Virus record (IMG/VR): IMGVR_UViG_3300030102_002720
Coordinates: 1-64,000 of that record
Length of the DNA: 64,000 bases
Source of the DNA: an uncultured virus (IMG/VR IMGVR_UViG_3300030102_002720)
Lineage: Duplodnaviria > Heunggongvirae > Uroviricota > Caudoviricetes
Direction: 5' to 3' (one strand)
Shown: in pieces, positions 10,077 to 20,983 of the stretch
Layout of the letters: each line of letters begins with the position of its first letter
How positions within the stretch are numbered: the first letter of the stretch is position 1
Notes under the pieces: model-generated
Told to the model about the DNA's origin: nothing
Databases searched by the model: none
What the model saw: the letters and a program-made list of their open reading frames with translations, nothing else
Translations under genes and position numbers: made by a program

Positions 10077-11038
10077 TGGTAGAAACAACAGAACAAACGG
10101 TCAGACAAGCCCCTTATATTGAAGCACGATCAGAACAATTACTTGCTTCTATTTTTGGTGATCCAAATGCAGTTCAAGAGCAAGGTGAAAGCGATGCAGA
10201 TTTTGCTTTAAGAAAATTTGGTAGAGCTGGTGTAGGAAGAAAAATACCGGCATTTGAAGTAGCAGGATTTAGCCCTGATCAAGAAGCAGCTTTTCAATTA
10301 GCAAGATCTGGCATAGGTGGCTTTGCTCCATTTATGAATTTAGGAGCATCTACTTTAGGTCAAGGCGTTGCAACTGCATTATCTGGAGCACCATTAATAC
10401 AACAAGGTAGTCAAGCTTTAACGCAAGCAGACATTAGTCAATACTTTAATCCTTATCAAGACTATGTGACTGATGCTATTCGAAAACAAGGAGAGATTGC
10501 TAAAAATAAATTAGCTGGCGCTGCAACAAAAGGTGGTGTGTTTGGTGGTGGAAGATATGGTTTAGCAGAGGGGCAACTAGATTCAGATGTCGCTGCAAGA
10601 ATTGGCCAAGCACAAGCGCAAGGATATACTCAAGCTTTACAAGCTGCAGAAAATGCAAAGAAGAGAGCGTTATATGGTGGTCAAGGTCTTGGATCTTTAG
10701 CATCTCAAATAGGCTCATTAGGTGGAGCACAAGCTGGTATGGGACTAGACTTCCAAAGAGCAGGGCTCACTGATATTAATTCACTTCTTGGCATTGGTGC
10801 ATTAAATCAACAGCTAGCACAAAAAGGATTAGATGCTGCTAGAATGACAGAAGAGGCTAGACAACTAGAACCGTTTACTAGACTAGGATATGCGAGTGAT
10901 ATATTACAAGGACAGCCGTCAAGCTACAGCACTTACACAAGCACATATGGCCCTAGTCAAAACGTAAGTCCATTCTCGCAGATAGCAGGGCTAGGACTAG
11001 CAGGATTAGGAGCATACAACAAAGGTCTATTTGGTTGA
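10076..11038 (+). CDS. internal virion / DNA pilot-like protein
   Basis: Q/A/G-rich helical protein with YFNPY and GVFGGGR; C-terminal GLGLAGLG hydrophobic tail. Confidence 0.6.
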   Translation: MVETTEQTVRQAPYIEARSEQLLASIFGDPNAVQEQGESDADFALRKFGRAGVGRKIPAFEVAGFSPDQEAAFQLARSGIGGFAPFMNLGASTLGQGVATALSGAPLIQQGSQALTQADISQYFNPYQDYVTDAIRKQGEIAKNKLAGAATKGGVFGGGRYGLAEGQLDSDVAARIGQAQAQGYTQALQAAENAKKRALYGGQGLGSLASQIGSLGGAQAGMGLDFQRAGLTDINSLLGIGALNQQLAQKGLDAARMTEEARQLEPFTRLGYASDILQGQPSSYSTYTSTYGPSQNVSPFSQIAGLGLAGLGAYNKGLFG

Positions 11039-13434
11039 TGAATAATCTTTCTAATAGAAGAATGTTTATGCGTCCTGTGATGGCAGCAGAGGGCGTGTAT
11101 ATGCCAACCATAGAACAAATTTTAAACTTTTATATGGGTGAGTTTACCGACGATGGTAGACCTAAAGATATGAAAGCATTTGAAGAAGCCATAGAAACTG
11201 CAAGAAAAGCAGAAGCTGCTGGTTTGTTTCCTGGAGAAGGAAAACCAATAGATAACTATTTATATTTTGGTCAAGATCAAAAAGATTTTGTTAAAGAAAC
11301 AGGAAAAGATTTACAACAACCTACTTTTGGTTATTTTGAACAAGGCAAACCTACCGATGAAATGAGAGACTATCTTGCTGATTTATATACTATACCAGCA
11401 AGAAAAGAAGCAGCTGAAACTAGAATACAATCAGATAAAACTAAAGCAGAAGCTGACGCAATGAAAGATAGCTTTCTTGATGCAATGGAAGCGACAAAAG
11501 ATTTTGATGCTAGTAAAGTAAAAGATCCAACTCCAGATGCTCTCAAGCGAGGAGATTTAGAATTTCAAATAAAAGAATCAGAACAGATTACTCCAGGCTT
11601 ACCAAATGTAGAAGGCAATCCATATCTTAAAGAGCTAGAAAAATTACAAAGAACTTCTGGTGCTAATGTAGATATGCCAATGGTTGATCAATACAAAGCA
11701 TATCAATCTGGTAAAGCTGGTATACCGGCTGTTGAATTAGGTGAAAAAGAAGTAGCAGCAATCAATGCAAGAAATTATATGAGAGAGCTTTCAGATAAAT
11801 TTGGTGACATGGATCCAGCAGAAGTAGAAAAAATATTAATTGGAGCAGATGCGAGTGACAAAGGATTAAAGACTATTAACACTCCATTCAAAGATGATGG
11901 CTCATTAATAAATATTATGAGAAAAGATGAAGTAGAGGGAGCAGGTGTAACATCTACTCCAGGCTATGAAAACTTTGCAACAGACTTGCTAAATAGATAT
12001 TATCAACAAAATCCAAATGTAGTTCCTAACATTACAGGTGATCAATCAACTGGAGATTTCTTTTTTAATTTAGATAAATCAAAAAGATTAGATAGTGTTG
12101 AACGTGATGGAGAACCAGGCGAATTTAAGATAACTGATGATGGAGCTATAGTAAGAACTGGAATAGAACAAGTAAGTGACGATGTTGTAGACACAACTCC
12201 AGGTGATATTAAACGAGGTGACTTAGAGTTTGAAATAAAAGACTCAGAAAAGATCACTGATGATGATAAAGTTAAAGAACAAGTAGAAGAACTTGACGAG
12301 TTAGGATTCTTTGAAAAGCCAGAAAATATAAAAAAGTTTGACGTTGATGGTGATGGTAAATTAAGTTTCTTAGAAAAAGCAAATGCTTTGGCCGGTGAAA
12401 TAACAGGAGACAAAGTTGATATTCCACTAAAAAAATCAACAGAAAATATTCAAAAAATATTAGAGGAAGGTGGAGCTAAAGAAGATGTTCAAGTAGGAAT
12501 GAGTCAAGAAGATTTAGAAGAAGACAAAAAAAGATTAGAAGATGCAGATCTTAAAGATGGAGCAGATACAAAAGATAATGATGATAAAGGACTATCAACA
12601 GCAGGAGAAAGTTCAACGACATCTACTGGTGAAGGTAATGAAATGAATGCTTTTGAAAATGAGATTTCTAAAGTTGCAAAAGAAGCAGGGTTTAATTGGA
12701 GTGATATGGTGGGTGATGGATCATCTAAAGACAATGATGCATTGGAGATGATGATGTATGGATTAAAACTAGCTACTACACCAGGAAGTTTTAATGATGC
12801 GGTAATGCAAAATGCAAAAGAATATTTAAATAATAAAATAAAAAGAAATTACAAAACAGCTGCAGCGAAAGCTGATCTTAAAAAACAAATCTTCCTTAAA
12901 TATTTACAAGGTAATATCGATCTAAAGAAATGGAATGCAAAGCAAGACTATGAAGCAAAGAACAAAATGTATAATGAATCTAAATTTTACAGCAATAATG
13001 AGATGGATGGAATGATTGCTGACTGGGCTATGGGTAATTTTAAATTAAATTTAGAAGGAGCAGAACCAGGTACTGCTGAATATGGTTTAGTATTGGCAAT
13101 GAAGGATGAGATAACTAAGATTGCAAGTGAGTATAAAAAGCAAGGACAACCTCCTCCAAGAAATATTACTCAAATGGCTTACGATAGAATAGATGATGAC
13201 TTTAATATAACAAAAGGTAAAGATGGTACATGGTTTGCTATTCCTTTCTTTGGAAATTTCTTTGATAAACCAGGAACAGTGGAAAGAACACAATCATCAA
13301 GTGGTAATTTAGTCGTAACTGTTTCAGACTTTGAACAAATAAAAGAAAAATATAAAGATAACCCTAATCTAACAGAAGAAGTTTTAATAGCGGCATTAAA
13401 AGATCAAGGCTACGATACCAGTCTGATAGAGTAA
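11035..13434 (+). CDS. large acidic internal virion protein
   Basis: 799 aa, D/E-rich. Internal repeat KRGDLEFxIKxSExIT occurs twice; EF-hand-like DVDGDGKLSFLE. Confidence 0.55.
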   Translation: MMNNLSNRRMFMRPVMAAEGVYMPTIEQILNFYMGEFTDDGRPKDMKAFEEAIETARKAEAAGLFPGEGKPIDNYLYFGQDQKDFVKETGKDLQQPTFGYFEQGKPTDEMRDYLADLYTIPARKEAAETRIQSDKTKAEADAMKDSFLDAMEATKDFDASKVKDPTPDALKRGDLEFQIKESEQITPGLPNVEGNPYLKELEKLQRTSGANVDMPMVDQYKAYQSGKAGIPAVELGEKEVAAINARNYMRELSDKFGDMDPAEVEKILIGADASDKGLKTINTPFKDDGSLINIMRKDEVEGAGVTSTPGYENFATDLLNRYYQQNPNVVPNITGDQSTGDFFFNLDKSKRLDSVERDGEPGEFKITDDGAIVRTGIEQVSDDVVDTTPGDIKRGDLEFEIKDSEKITDDDKVKEQVEELDELGFFEKPENIKKFDVDGDGKLSFLEKANALAGEITGDKVDIPLKKSTENIQKILEEGGAKEDVQVGMSQEDLEEDKKRLEDADLKDGADTKDNDDKGLSTAGESSTTSTGEGNEMNAFENEISKVAKEAGFNWSDMVGDGSSKDNDALEMMMYGLKLATTPGSFNDAVMQNAKEYLNNKIKRNYKTAAAKADLKKQIFLKYLQGNIDLKKWNAKQDYEAKNKMYNESKFYSNNEMDGMIADWAMGNFKLNLEGAEPGTAEYGLVLAMKDEITKIASEYKKQGQPPPRNITQMAYDRIDDDFNITKGKDGTWFAIPFFGNFFDKPGTVERTQSSSGNLVVTVSDFEQIKEKYKDNPNLTEEVLIAALKDQGYDTSLIE

Positions 13435-13437
13435 ATC

Positions 13438-16400
13438 ATGGTAGATCAATTAGATTTTTCTGACATCTTAGGCACGAAAGAAACAGAAGAGGCAATAGGT
13501 CAGACTATTGATGTGTCTGATATTATTGGAGACGCTTCGCCTGGCTTTGTTCCTGAATTTGATACTCAAGGTAATGAATTTACTAGAGCAATTGAAAGAG
13601 GATGGAATAACATTCAAGCATTAAGTGGGGATGCTATTGAAGCATACGGAGAGTTTTTTGATTTACCAGATGCTATTGCTTACGGTAAAGGAGTAGCAGC
13701 AAAAAATAGATTAGAAGCAGCGCAAGTAGGTGCGCCGTCGGTTCCAAGTTTTAAAGCACTACAAGAAGATTTTACTTATAAAAATTTAGGAGACTTTACA
13801 GCTAAAACAATTGGTGAATCACTTCCTTCTTTTGTTCCTTCCATAGGTGGTGCAACAGCTTTTAATTTTTTATCAAACTTTGTTCCTTATTTACGAGCAC
13901 TTAAGTATGGAAAAATAGCAGCGACAGCATTAGGTGCATACATACCTTCACAAATTTTAGGAACAGGTGAAGCAGCAGCAGAACAAAAAAGGTTAGCTGG
14001 CACTGACGATATACCTGATGCAAGTCAAGCAATCATGACAGGTATTAAAACAGGTGCGTTTGATGTAGTAACTTTGATTCCTATTCTTCGTGCTTTTAAA
14101 GCAAAAGGTGGCACGATTAAAAGTCCGAAAGAAATAGAAGAAGTCTTTGATGTTAAATCAAGTGTAGCAATACGTGCAGCTAAAGCAGTGCCAGGTATAT
14201 TAGTAACAACAGGAGCAACAGGAGTTATTGAAGGTGTAACAGAAGCAGCGCAAGAAGCAGAGTTTATGAAAGACGCAGAAAAAGTAACTGGTGTTGACAT
14301 ACCTGATGAAGAGTTTCAAGAACGTTTAATAGAGTCTTTGGTTCAAGGATCTATAGGTGGTGGAACAATTGGTTTTACAGCGGGCACGGTTGGATCTGTG
14401 TTACCAAATCGCACAGGAGATACAGGATTAAAATTAAACGATGTACAAGAAGGAACAGTTATTAAATACTCTAGTTTTAGAGAATTTCAAAATGAACAAA
14501 AAAGAAATCCTGATCTGTACAGAGAAGAACAAGAAAAAATAAAAAAGAATTACGGTCTTATCTATCCAAATGGTATAAATAATCAAAAAGATTTTTTGCG
14601 TTTACGTAATGCAGAAGTTAATCAAATAGTAGATAAGCCAGCCCGTGCACCTTTACAAGAAATTTATGACAAAGGTGGCAGACCCACAGCTGTAAACTAT
14701 TATGGTAGAGGCGAAGAGTTTATCAAGTACAATGTTCTTAATAAAAAGACAGGGGAACTCGAATCACGGTACGAACCTTTAGATGTAGGAAGATTTACTC
14801 GATACAAAAAGAATATAAAAAATGTTGGCAGCGCTTTACGTGATGTAACTATAGGTAAGTCAGTTAGTTTGTTAGACGATTTAGCAAAAAGATCTCCAAC
14901 AGCAAAACGTTTACGTGGATACTTCTCTTACTTTGATGATGGTACAGGGAAAGATAGAGTACAAGGTGCTGATATATCTGAAAGTATCTTACTTAACATG
15001 GGTAAGTATAGTAACAATTTTCAAAAAGGATTAGACATAATATCAAGAGGTTTTCGTGTGCCTGGTCTTATGGCTAAAATTAGTCCGAAAACAAATAGAT
15101 TATTGTATCAAGCATTGAATGATCCTAAAGCAAATGTCCCACCACGAATAAGAAGAGGTGCAGAACTAATGAGAAAAGATTTTGATGGCTTGTATAAATA
15201 CACAACCGAAGCAGAATTCATAGATGGTATGTCTTATAAAGGTTCAAAGAACGTTGGCTTTACTCCAGGATTTATTGAAAACTATTTTCCTATTATTCTT
15301 CAACATAAAAGACTACAGAATGATAGTCGTTATAGAAAACAATTTAGAGAACTTCTAGCATCAAAAGGATTTAAAGATCCAGATAAAACAATACAACAAG
15401 TAATAGATGACAAAGGTATTATTAATCTCTCTACTGCTGATATGCCTACAAGAAAAGCAGGGGCAATTGAAGAACCACGTACATTAAAAAATTTAACAGC
15501 AGAAGAATTAGCTCCTTTTACAAACACAAATGTTATTGATGTCTTTCAAAAATATCGTGATGGTGTAATCAGAAGGGTAGAGTATGGAAAAAGATTTGGT
15601 AAAGAAAATGAATTAAGAGATGTAATGTTTGCAAAGATAGAAGAAGAAGCTAATGCAAAGGGATTACCTCTAACAAAAAAAGAAAAAGAACGAATGGTTA
15701 ATATTGGCCAAGCTTTACAAAAGCAATACAAACCAATTGAAAATAATTTTTTACGTAAACTTAACGCAGGTTTAATTACTTATGGTTATGTTTTAACACT
15801 TCCATTTGCTACTATCTCTTCTTTGAGTGAACCTTTCTTAGTTCTTTCAAGAGGCGGAACTGGTCCTAAAATTATAGCAAAGAGTGTAGTGAGTGGTATG
15901 AAAGGTATTGTACGTAGTGTGTTCCCACGTTTTCCACGAGATGAGTTTGACAGAGCCGTTGCTGATATAGGTTTAGGATTAGAAGCAGCTGTTATCGAAA
16001 GACAATCAGATGCTTTTGGAGGAGGACAAGATACAAATAAATTTACAGAAAAGTTTTTTAGATTTAACTTTCTTTCTCAGTTTACTAGATGGAATAGAAT
16101 GTTAGCAAATGCATCAGGACGTAACATGGTATTTAGTAATGCAGGATTTTTATCCGATAACATGGAGAGAAGAAGACTAACAAGTGTAGATCAATTACCT
16201 AACACTGGTCGTTTTAAATTATATCAAGAACAATTACGAGAGCTTGGCGTTAATCCACAAGACGCTGTAGATTTTGTCAGATCTGATATGTATAGAAAAA
16301 AAAGAATTAATCCTGAAACAAATGATTATGCTTACAAAGATACAGACTTCTATCAAAATCAAGTAAGACTAGCAGGTGTTAGATATGTTAACGAAGTTGT

Positions 16401-17022
16401 TATGAACCCACGTGCAACGACAAGACCTATGTGGATGTCAGATCCAAAGCTTGCTATCTTTGCACAGTTAAAAGGTTTCCAAGTAGCATTTTCAAACACT
16501 GTTCTTAAACGTTGGTACAAAGAAATATTTCAAACAGGTTTTTATAATGGTGTAGCAAACGGTGCTAAATATGCAGCTGTTGGATCGGTAATGGTAGTAG
16601 CAGCATCACTCGGTAATGAGTTAAGAGAGGCAGCTAAGTTTGGACCAAACGGCAATCCACGATATAAAGATGAAACAGATATTGAAAGACTTAAAAGAGC
16701 ACTTGAAAGAACAGGTTTGCTTGGACCATTACAGTTCTTAATAGACGCCGCACGAGCAGAGCAGTATGGATCAGGACCGGTCGAAGCGTTGATGGGTCCT
16801 ATTGTTACAAGACTTGTTAGTTATTTGGAGGGAATAGCTGACGCATTAACGAAAGACGATAAGAAAAAGATTATAAGAGAATTAATAAAGTCTGTTCCTA
16901 TTATATCAGCTAACGTAGGTGGAGCACGGGACAAGGTTTACGAAGCATTAGGCGTAGAATCTACATTTGGTCAAGGAGAAGGCCTAGACTTTAGTGTTGA
17001 TTCTTTTAGTTTAGAAGATTAA
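13438..17022 (+). CDS. large internal virion / ejection protein
   Basis: 1194 aa; EGVTEAAQE motif and helical C-terminus. Position matches podovirus core proteins. Confidence 0.6.
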   Translation: MVDQLDFSDILGTKETEEAIGQTIDVSDIIGDASPGFVPEFDTQGNEFTRAIERGWNNIQALSGDAIEAYGEFFDLPDAIAYGKGVAAKNRLEAAQVGAPSVPSFKALQEDFTYKNLGDFTAKTIGESLPSFVPSIGGATAFNFLSNFVPYLRALKYGKIAATALGAYIPSQILGTGEAAAEQKRLAGTDDIPDASQAIMTGIKTGAFDVVTLIPILRAFKAKGGTIKSPKEIEEVFDVKSSVAIRAAKAVPGILVTTGATGVIEGVTEAAQEAEFMKDAEKVTGVDIPDEEFQERLIESLVQGSIGGGTIGFTAGTVGSVLPNRTGDTGLKLNDVQEGTVIKYSSFREFQNEQKRNPDLYREEQEKIKKNYGLIYPNGINNQKDFLRLRNAEVNQIVDKPARAPLQEIYDKGGRPTAVNYYGRGEEFIKYNVLNKKTGELESRYEPLDVGRFTRYKKNIKNVGSALRDVTIGKSVSLLDDLAKRSPTAKRLRGYFSYFDDGTGKDRVQGADISESILLNMGKYSNNFQKGLDIISRGFRVPGLMAKISPKTNRLLYQALNDPKANVPPRIRRGAELMRKDFDGLYKYTTEAEFIDGMSYKGSKNVGFTPGFIENYFPIILQHKRLQNDSRYRKQFRELLASKGFKDPDKTIQQVIDDKGIINLSTADMPTRKAGAIEEPRTLKNLTAEELAPFTNTNVIDVFQKYRDGVIRRVEYGKRFGKENELRDVMFAKIEEEANAKGLPLTKKEKERMVNIGQALQKQYKPIENNFLRKLNAGLITYGYVLTLPFATISSLSEPFLVLSRGGTGPKIIAKSVVSGMKGIVRSVFPRFPRDEFDRAVADIGLGLEAAVIERQSDAFGGGQDTNKFTEKFFRFNFLSQFTRWNRMLANASGRNMVFSNAGFLSDNMERRRLTSVDQLPNTGRFKLYQEQLRELGVNPQDAVDFVRSDMYRKKRINPETNDYAYKDTDFYQNQVRLAGVRYVNEVVMNPRATTRPMWMSDPKLAIFAQLKGFQVAFSNTVLKRWYKEIFQTGFYNGVANGAKYAAVGSVMVVAASLGNELREAAKFGPNGNPRYKDETDIERLKRALERTGLLGPLQFLIDAARAEQYGSGPVEALMGPIVTRLVSYLEGIADALTKDDKKKIIRELIKSVPIISANVGGARDKVYEALGVESTFGQGEGLDFSVDSFSLED

Positions 17023-17033
17023 AAGGATAGTAT

Positions 17034-17963
17034 ATGGGATTTTGGTCAGATTTATTTGGTGGAAAAAAAGAAGAGAAAAAAGAACCTGAAGGTTCAGTAG
17101 GCACAGTGTATCAAGGAGCTGGTGGACCTGGTGGAATGACAGGCGGCGAAGCTTTTCAATCTGGTATTATTGATGCAGAGGAAAGAAGAGAGCAGTTACT
17201 AGCAGATTCAGCTGCAGCTAATCAAGCAGGTCAAAGCTTCAGCATAAACCCTGAAGAATTTACAGGTAATAATAAAGGTTTATTAAATGATGAAACAAAA
17301 GGTAAACTTCGTGAAGGTTTAACAGGCAAGCAGTACGCAGACTTTATGAGTAAATTGTATGGTAATGCTCCAGGGGCTATGCAACAAGCTTTTCCTTTTT
17401 CTAGTGGCGCTGCAGTAGGTAATCTAATGAAGCCACTTCTAGGTATGGCATCAGGTGGAGGAGGTATTATAAGTTTAATTCCAAATCTTTTAAGTAGTGT
17501 AAATCAAGGGCTAGGTAAGCTTTTTAATAAAGAAAAAGCTCCAACAGATATGGGGACTTCAATGAGTAGTATGGATCAAGCAGATGCAGATGCTTTATCA
17601 GGTCCAGGTATGAGAGATATTTCTGGCGAAAGCACAAGTGATGGAACATTTAAAACTGCTGAAGAAGCAATTGCTGCTAGTGGTTTACCGGCCTCAGAAT
17701 TTGCACCGTTAGGAATAACAAACCCACAACTAATGAATGCAAACTCTTTAATAAACTTTAGTGATTTATTAAATTTAGATTTTGATAATAGCCTTGACGC
17801 ACAAAGTATTGCGAATGCTTATAAATCTTTACAAGATAATCAAGGCTTTGATGTTCAAGATAATCAATTACAATATAATCAACCTTTATTTGGAGGCAAC
17901 TTACAGTTTGGTGTTGGCCCAAATAATGCAGGTATTATGTTTACTAAATCATTAGGTGCATAA
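17034..17963 (+). CDS. hypothetical (probably virion) protein
   Basis: AAGGA RBS; 309 aa, G/S/A-rich. Confidence 0.55.
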   Translation: MGFWSDLFGGKKEEKKEPEGSVGTVYQGAGGPGGMTGGEAFQSGIIDAEERREQLLADSAAANQAGQSFSINPEEFTGNNKGLLNDETKGKLREGLTGKQYADFMSKLYGNAPGAMQQAFPFSSGAAVGNLMKPLLGMASGGGGIISLIPNLLSSVNQGLGKLFNKEKAPTDMGTSMSSMDQADADALSGPGMRDISGESTSDGTFKTAEEAIAASGLPASEFAPLGITNPQLMNANSLINFSDLLNLDFDNSLDAQSIANAYKSLQDNQGFDVQDNQLQYNQPLFGGNLQFGVGPNNAGIMFTKSLGA

Positions 17964-18151
17964 TGTTAAGCGTGCGTGATTGGATATGGGTCGGTTGCAT
18001 TATCGGTGGTATTGCTTTCACTAACGGGATGATGTCATCACGGGTCACGGCTCTTGAATCAAAGATAAAAGATTTAGATATGTTGCGTATCGATGCACGG
18101 CTCGCTGTTATAGAAGAGCAGGTAATACAAATAAATAAAAAGTTAGATTAA
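17963..18151 (+). CDS. small membrane protein with coiled coil
   Basis: Hydrophobic N-terminus followed by a heptad-like C-terminus; TAATG coupling. Confidence 0.55.
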   Translation: MLSVRDWIWVGCIIGGIAFTNGMMSSRVTALESKIKDLDMLRIDARLAVIEEQVIQINKKLD

Positions 18152-18354
18152 ATATCTTTTCTGATATCTTCAATACACTGCACTTTAAAAGTATAATATT
18201 TATTCATATCAAACTTCATGAACTTTCTACCCATGTCTTCACATACTTTAAGATCCTCAAACTTTTCTTGATACACCATTTGATTACCAGTATAAACCCA
18301 AGTCGATCCATTGAATCCCCATAAGCTTACTACCAATAAATAAATTTTAATCAT
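18148..18354 (-). CDS. small hypothetical protein
   Basis: Probable start MIKIYLLVVSLW overlapping the upstream stop; two Cys. Confidence 0.5.
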   Translation of the reverse strand: MIKIYLLVVSLWGFNGSTWVYTGNQMVYQEKFEDLKVCEDMGRKFMKFDMNKYYTFKVQCIEDIRKDI

Positions 18355-18868
18355 CTTGAGATGATAAAATATAATTGCACCATTTAGCAAGTTCTTTTTC
18401 TGTCATGTCTCCCTTCATAAGATTGTATCTATAACAAACAAGTTGGATATTATTTTTTGTATAGAACTTTAAATCATTATCAATCCTATCTATCGACACG
18501 TTTGTATTAACTTTTCTCTGTCCTTTTAAATGAGTAAGTTTAACTCCAGTTTTTGCACATCTATAATTTTGTTTTTCAAATAACTCTAATAAATCATCAA
18601 CTGTTAAATCAGGATCAACAGGATGCCTGTTTTTACTTTTAGGATTTTGTACATCTTTTAACCAGTGATTAAAAAACTTACGAGGATCTGCACTTATTAT
18701 TGCTTTGTCTCTATCACCTTTTCCGTTTGCCCACACATGTTTATTATGATTACTAGAACAAACTTTACACCAAGATTTATGTCCATCTTTTTTGTTTTCT
18801 TTTTTTCTATCAAACTCTTTTAAAGATTTTGTTTTGTTACACCTGGTGCAAACTTTATCAACAATCAC
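18347..18868 (-). CDS. HNH-like (His-Me finger) endonuclease
   Basis: N-terminal CxxC...CxxC; SIDRIDN...YTKNNIQLVC...N.MKG. Confidence 0.75.
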   Translation of the reverse strand: MIVDKVCTRCNKTKSLKEFDRKKENKKDGHKSWCKVCSSNHNKHVWANGKGDRDKAIISADPRKFFNHWLKDVQNPKSKNRHPVDPDLTVDDLLELFEKQNYRCAKTGVKLTHLKGQRKVNTNVSIDRIDNDLKFYTKNNIQLVCYRYNLMKGDMTEKELAKWCNYILSSQDD

Positions 18869-20730
18869 TTAGCTTCACCCCACGATGGACCTTCTTCTAG
18901 ATCTATAACACTTGGAACTTTTAACTCTATGCAATGTTCCATTATCTCTCTGATTTTACTAGCTTCTTCCGGTGATTCAAAAGATAAATCTAATTCATCA
19001 TGCACTTGGATTAAAGGTAAAAAACCTTCTTGATGTAATGTAACCATAGCTTGTTTAGTTTGATCAGCGGCTGAGCCTTGTATTAATCTGTTCAATGCTT
19101 TGTATGTCCATCCTCTTTTAATTCTAGTAAAGCCACCATACTTACGCTCGGCTTCTTCTTTGGGTAAGGGAAATCCTGCACCAAATTCTAATGGCTCCCA
19201 CAAATCAAACCGACATTTTCTTCCTTTAATAGTTCTAATAAACCCTATATCACCTGCTCTTTTCTGTGCGTTCTTTGTTAGTTGTCTAACAAAAGGAACA
19301 TTGGTGTGATATTTAGAAAACAATTCTTCTGCTTCATACTCTGTAAGATTTAATTCATTAGCAAGTTTTGCTCTGCCCATACCATACATCATTCCTAAAT
19401 TAATTGTTTTAGCTTGCTTACGTTCAATGCCTGCCATGTCTGCAACTGTTTGATGAAAGTCTATGTTGCCTGAATTATATCCTTCTACTAATTGATCTGC
19501 CCCTTCTAAGTTTGTAATGGATGCATAGTGTACTAATAGTCTAGGCTCTTGTTGTGAATAGTCAAAGCATCCCCACTTCTGTCCCTCTTCAGGAATAAAC
19601 AACCTTCTAATCATAGGACCTATCTCTTTATTACGAGCAGGTATTTGTTGTAGGTTTGGATTTTGCATGCTTAATCTACCAGAGATTGTACCTCCCTGTT
19701 CGTTTTTCATTTGGTTGATTTCAGCGAAAATCCTCCCTCCGTTCTCGTGCTTGAGGATACTATCAATAAAGGTGGTTCTCGCTTTATTAATTTCACGAGC
19801 TTCAACAACCATTCTTGCGATAGGACTAGCATGATTTGAAAGAAAGTCTTTGTCAAATTTAGGCTGCCCAGACTTCGGAGTTCTTTCATAAGATATTCCT
19901 GCTGCATCAAACGCTTTAGCGACAGATGTTGGAGTCCAAATATCAACGTGGACATTTGTAGCCTCATGGATTTTTTTAAGTATCTTTTTTTCTGTAGTAA
20001 ATAAAGTTTTCTTTGTTCTCTCTGCGTGATCGACATCTACTTTAACTCCCTTCTTTTTCATTTCAAATAAAACAGGAAATAAATCTGTTTCTAATTTGAA
20101 CACATCTAATAAATCTTGTCTAATTATTTCTCTTTTTAAAATGTCCCACAACTTTAAAGTTAAAGCTGCGTCTTGTTCTGCATAAGGACCAACATACATA
20201 GGTGGTAACTTCCACATCTCTGTCTTTGCATTGACTCCCCAACTCTTCGCTGCATCATATAAAGCTGTTTGAGATTTCTTTTCACCTACATATTTTTTTC
20301 CTAACTCATCTAAAGAAAAACGCATAGGACTGTTTTCATTTACAATTGGTCCTGCTATCATTGTGTCAATGATACGACCATGAACTTTTAATCCCATTTG
20401 ATGTAACCAACCTACATCATAAATAGCATTGTGAAATATTTTATCGCATGGAAGTTCTAATATTTTTTTAAGTTGTCTAACAAAAACTTTTTCATCTAAG
20501 TTGCCACCACCTTCGTGACGAATAGGAAAGTAACCACACCATCCTTCAACAGCTATGGCTACACCAATAACATATCCTTTGTTGACTGCCCATCCTGGAC
20601 CTATGCCAGTATTTAATCCTATGTCTCTTGTTTCTAAATCAATAGCAATTTGTTTTGCGTCTGATAAATCTGGTAATCTTTCCGGAGGAACCCACTCACT
20701 CGGTGGTTGGAATAGAGGTATCTGTGTCAT
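18865..20730 (-). CDS. polA: DNA polymerase, family A (3'-5' exonuclease + polymerase)
   Basis: ExoI IDLET, ExoII HNAIYD, ExoIII YAEQD; GRLS..NPNLQQIP; motif A DYSQQEPR, motif B RKQAKTINLGMMYG, motif C VHDEL. Confidence 0.95.
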   Translation of the reverse strand: MTQIPLFQPPSEWVPPERLPDLSDAKQIAIDLETRDIGLNTGIGPGWAVNKGYVIGVAIAVEGWCGYFPIRHEGGGNLDEKVFVRQLKKILELPCDKIFHNAIYDVGWLHQMGLKVHGRIIDTMIAGPIVNENSPMRFSLDELGKKYVGEKKSQTALYDAAKSWGVNAKTEMWKLPPMYVGPYAEQDAALTLKLWDILKREIIRQDLLDVFKLETDLFPVLFEMKKKGVKVDVDHAERTKKTLFTTEKKILKKIHEATNVHVDIWTPTSVAKAFDAAGISYERTPKSGQPKFDKDFLSNHASPIARMVVEAREINKARTTFIDSILKHENGGRIFAEINQMKNEQGGTISGRLSMQNPNLQQIPARNKEIGPMIRRLFIPEEGQKWGCFDYSQQEPRLLVHYASITNLEGADQLVEGYNSGNIDFHQTVADMAGIERKQAKTINLGMMYGMGRAKLANELNLTEYEAEELFSKYHTNVPFVRQLTKNAQKRAGDIGFIRTIKGRKCRFDLWEPLEFGAGFPLPKEEAERKYGGFTRIKRGWTYKALNRLIQGSAADQTKQAMVTLHQEGFLPLIQVHDELDLSFESPEEASKIREIMEHCIELKVPSVIDLEEGPSWGEAK

Positions 20731-20983
20731 CGTTTATTTCTCCCGCAATTGCTGCATATCCCGCCATGTCTACATAACAATCTTTTGTGCGTTTATGTTT
20801 TATTCGTGCTACCTTTACAAGCAACATGCATATAGCTACATCGTGCGCTGAAACTTCATGATCTAAATAAGAGGACCAAAGCTCTGCAATGTTTTTATGA
20901 TTCTGAGATTTATCTCCATAGTCTTCTTGTCGTTGACCAGTAACTATTGTAGTTGCTGTTGATAGATATTCTTTACTCTGCAT
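20696..20983 (-). CDS. DUF6378-like all-alpha protein
   Basis: RQEDYG...IAELWSSYL...DVAICMLLVKVAR...D.YVDMAGYAA pattern. Confidence 0.7.
   Translation of the reverse strand: MQSKEYLSTATTIVTGQRQEDYGDKSQNHKNIAELWSSYLDHEVSAHDVAICMLLVKVARIKHKRTKDCYVDMAGYAAIAGEINDDTDTSIPTTE

Noticed and set aside
18347..20730. Intron or intein associated with the HNH gene in the DNA polymerase
   Set aside because: The polymerase is continuous with all motifs, and the HNH ORF is free-standing downstream.
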